DNA of 14,827 nucleotides from a virus (Duplodnaviria; Heunggongvirae; Uroviricota; Caudoviricetes): IMG/VR virus record IMGVR_UViG_2534681999_000018, positions 1 to 14,827 of that record; one strand, 5' to 3'. Shown piece by piece: positions 13,367 to 14,827 of this stretch (position 1 is its first letter; each line of letters starts with the position of its first letter). The notes under the pieces were generated by a model. It saw only the letters and a program-made list of their open reading frames with translations, ran no database searches and was not told where the DNA came from. The position numbers and the translations under genes were made by a program.

Positions 13367-14827
13367 TTATTCATCTTTCGGCGTAGAATGCTGGCGACCA
13401 AAAATCACCTCCATCCGCGCACCGCCAAGCATGCTCTCTCCGGCGACGATTTTACCCTCATATTGCTTGGTGATTTCGCGGGCTACCGCCAGCCCCACAC
13501 CTTGCCCAGGGCGTAAAGTATCAACCCGTTGACCACGGTCGAAAATGACCTCTCGCTTGCTTAATGGAATACCGGGGCCATCATCCTCGACCACAATATA
13601 GAGATGCTCGTCGGTTTGCCTTGCAGAAATTTCGACAAACTCGAGGCAATATTTACAGGCATTATCCAGTACATTGCCCATCACCTCGACAAAATCGTTC
13701 TGCTCACCGACAAAGCTGATCTCTGGCGAAATATCGAGAGAGATATTGACCCCTTTGCGTTGATACACTTTGTTCAGCGCCGAGGTGAGATTGTCCAGCA
13801 GTGGGGCGACCGGATGCAGCTCGCGGCTGAGCAATGTCCCGCCGTGCATACTGGCACGATGCAGGTAGTAGCCAATTTGCTGTGAAATGCGGCTGATTTG
13901 CTCCAGCATTACCGGTTCAGCATCACTGACGCTCATCTTTTCACTACGTAGAGAACGCAGCGTACTTTGCAGCACCGCCAGTGGCGTTTTCAGACTATGG
14001 GTCAGGTCGGTGAGCGTTGTACGATATTTGTCGTAACGTTCGCGTTCACTTTTTAACAATCGGTTCAGGTTTCGTACCAGACTGGTCAGTTCTCGCGTTG
14101 TGGCTGGATTGAGCAATTCGCGGTTATGTTCTTCCAGTTCGCGGACTTCTTTTGCCAGGGCTTCGATGGGGCGTAAACTCCACCAGGCGGCGACCCACAG
14201 CAGCGGGATCACTAACAGCAGATTGGCTGAGAGCACATAGATAAACCAGCTCCAGACCATATAGGAACTTTTTAGCTCCACCGGAATGGTATCCACCACC
14301 ACAATGGTTAACTTTGGCATCCGCGATGTTGCCGGGTAGACGTTTACCGCCACCGAGTGGGTCATCTCCGCGTCGTCATCATCTTCCCGCACTTCCTGCA
14401 ACTGTTGCTGTATCGAATGATCTCCACTCAGCAAGAGGCTGGTATCGTTAACATCCGCTTCAATTTCATGAAAACCATTCGATTTCAGCCAGTCAGGCTG
14501 GATCATCTTCATCAGCCAGGGCACGTCACGTTGCGCCCATAAAAGCTGCCCGTTCTCATCATAAATTAGCGTCATGGTGGGGCTTTGCTTGTCGATATTT
14601 TCGGGTAACTCGACATGCAACTTATTGTTTTCCCACTTCGCAAGGGTATAGAACAGATTGCTCTCGCCACGTAACAGCCGAAACGTAGTTTTATCGAAAC
14701 TGACGCTATAACCGATCAGCGCGACCATTCCGTAGGCAAGCGAAAGCACCAGTACTACCGCTGCCGTTGCCAACAGAAAACGTACCCGCAGCGAGAGCGG
14801 GAAAAAAAGACGCAGTAATTTTTTCAT
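13367..14827 (-). CDS. phoQ: Sensor histidine kinase PhoQ (PhoP/PhoQ two-component system), complete
   Basis: 486-aa product beginning [35 protein letters not shown] with periplasmic sensor region, HAMP, H-box ([12 protein letters not shown]) and ATPase domain; matches E. coli PhoQ as recalled; start codon is the last three bases of the window. Confidence 0.97.
   Translation of the reverse strand: MKKLLRLFFPLSLRVRFLLATAAVVLVLSLAYGMVALIGYSVSFDKTTFRLLRGESNLFYTLAKWENNKLHVELPENIDKQSPTMTLIYDENGQLLWAQRDVPWLMKMIQPDWLKSNGFHEIEADVNDTSLLLSGDHSIQQQLQEVREDDDDAEMTHSVAVNVYPATSRMPKLTIVVVDTIPVELKSSYMVWSWFIYVLSANLLLVIPLLWVAAWWSLRPIEALAKEVRELEEHNRELLNPATTRELTSLVRNLNRLLKSERERYDKYRTTLTDLTHSLKTPLAVLQSTLRSLRSEKMSVSDAEPVMLEQISRISQQIGYYLHRASMHGGTLLSRELHPVAPLLDNLTSALNKVYQRKGVNISLDISPEISFVGEQNDFVEVMGNVLDNACKYCLEFVEISARQTDEHLYIVVEDDGPGIPLSKREVIFDRGQRVDTLRPGQGVGLAVAREITKQYEGKIVAGESMLGGARMEVIFGRQHSTPKDE

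Noticed and set aside
13311-13885. Plus-strand ORFs 13311..13532, 13604..13885 and 14357..14542
   Set aside because: All antisense to phoQ, which is full-length and conserved.
1-14827. CRISPR arrays, tRNA/rRNA genes, IS elements
   Set aside because: No regularly spaced repeat-spacer array, no cloverleaf-compatible tRNA-like sequence and no transposase or terminal inverted repeats were seen.

Overview
The window is an E. coli-type chromosomal region ending in a complete phoQ gene (minus strand, 13367..14827). The left ~2.2 kb is the lysis/packaging junction of a lambdoid prophage: the 3' ends of Rz and embedded Rz1, a cos-like site, a Nu1-family small terminase and only the 5' half of a GpA-family large terminase. 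Between that truncated terminase and phoQ lies an ~11 kb integrase-bearing element transcribed almost entirely on the + strand, with the gene content of a phage satellite (PICI-like). It carries a P4-type integrase, AlpA, a Bro-N protein, a small RHH repressor candidate next to divergent promoters with three direct repeats, an early operon of small ORFs, a RepA/AAA_25-type helicase followed by an iteron cluster, SSB and a PerC-family regulator. Its 3' module encodes a lambda gpE-like major capsid protein, a gpD-like decoration protein and a lambda Nu1-like small terminase, with no portal, protease, large terminase, tail or lysis genes. The most unusual feature is that the Nu1-like gene is bracketed by two lambda-type cos sites in inverted orientation, sharing a perfect 48-bp repeat. 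No tRNA, rRNA, CRISPR array or IS element was recognised. All calls are from reading the sequence and recalled protein families; no database search was run, and non-coding coordinates may be off by 1-2 bp.
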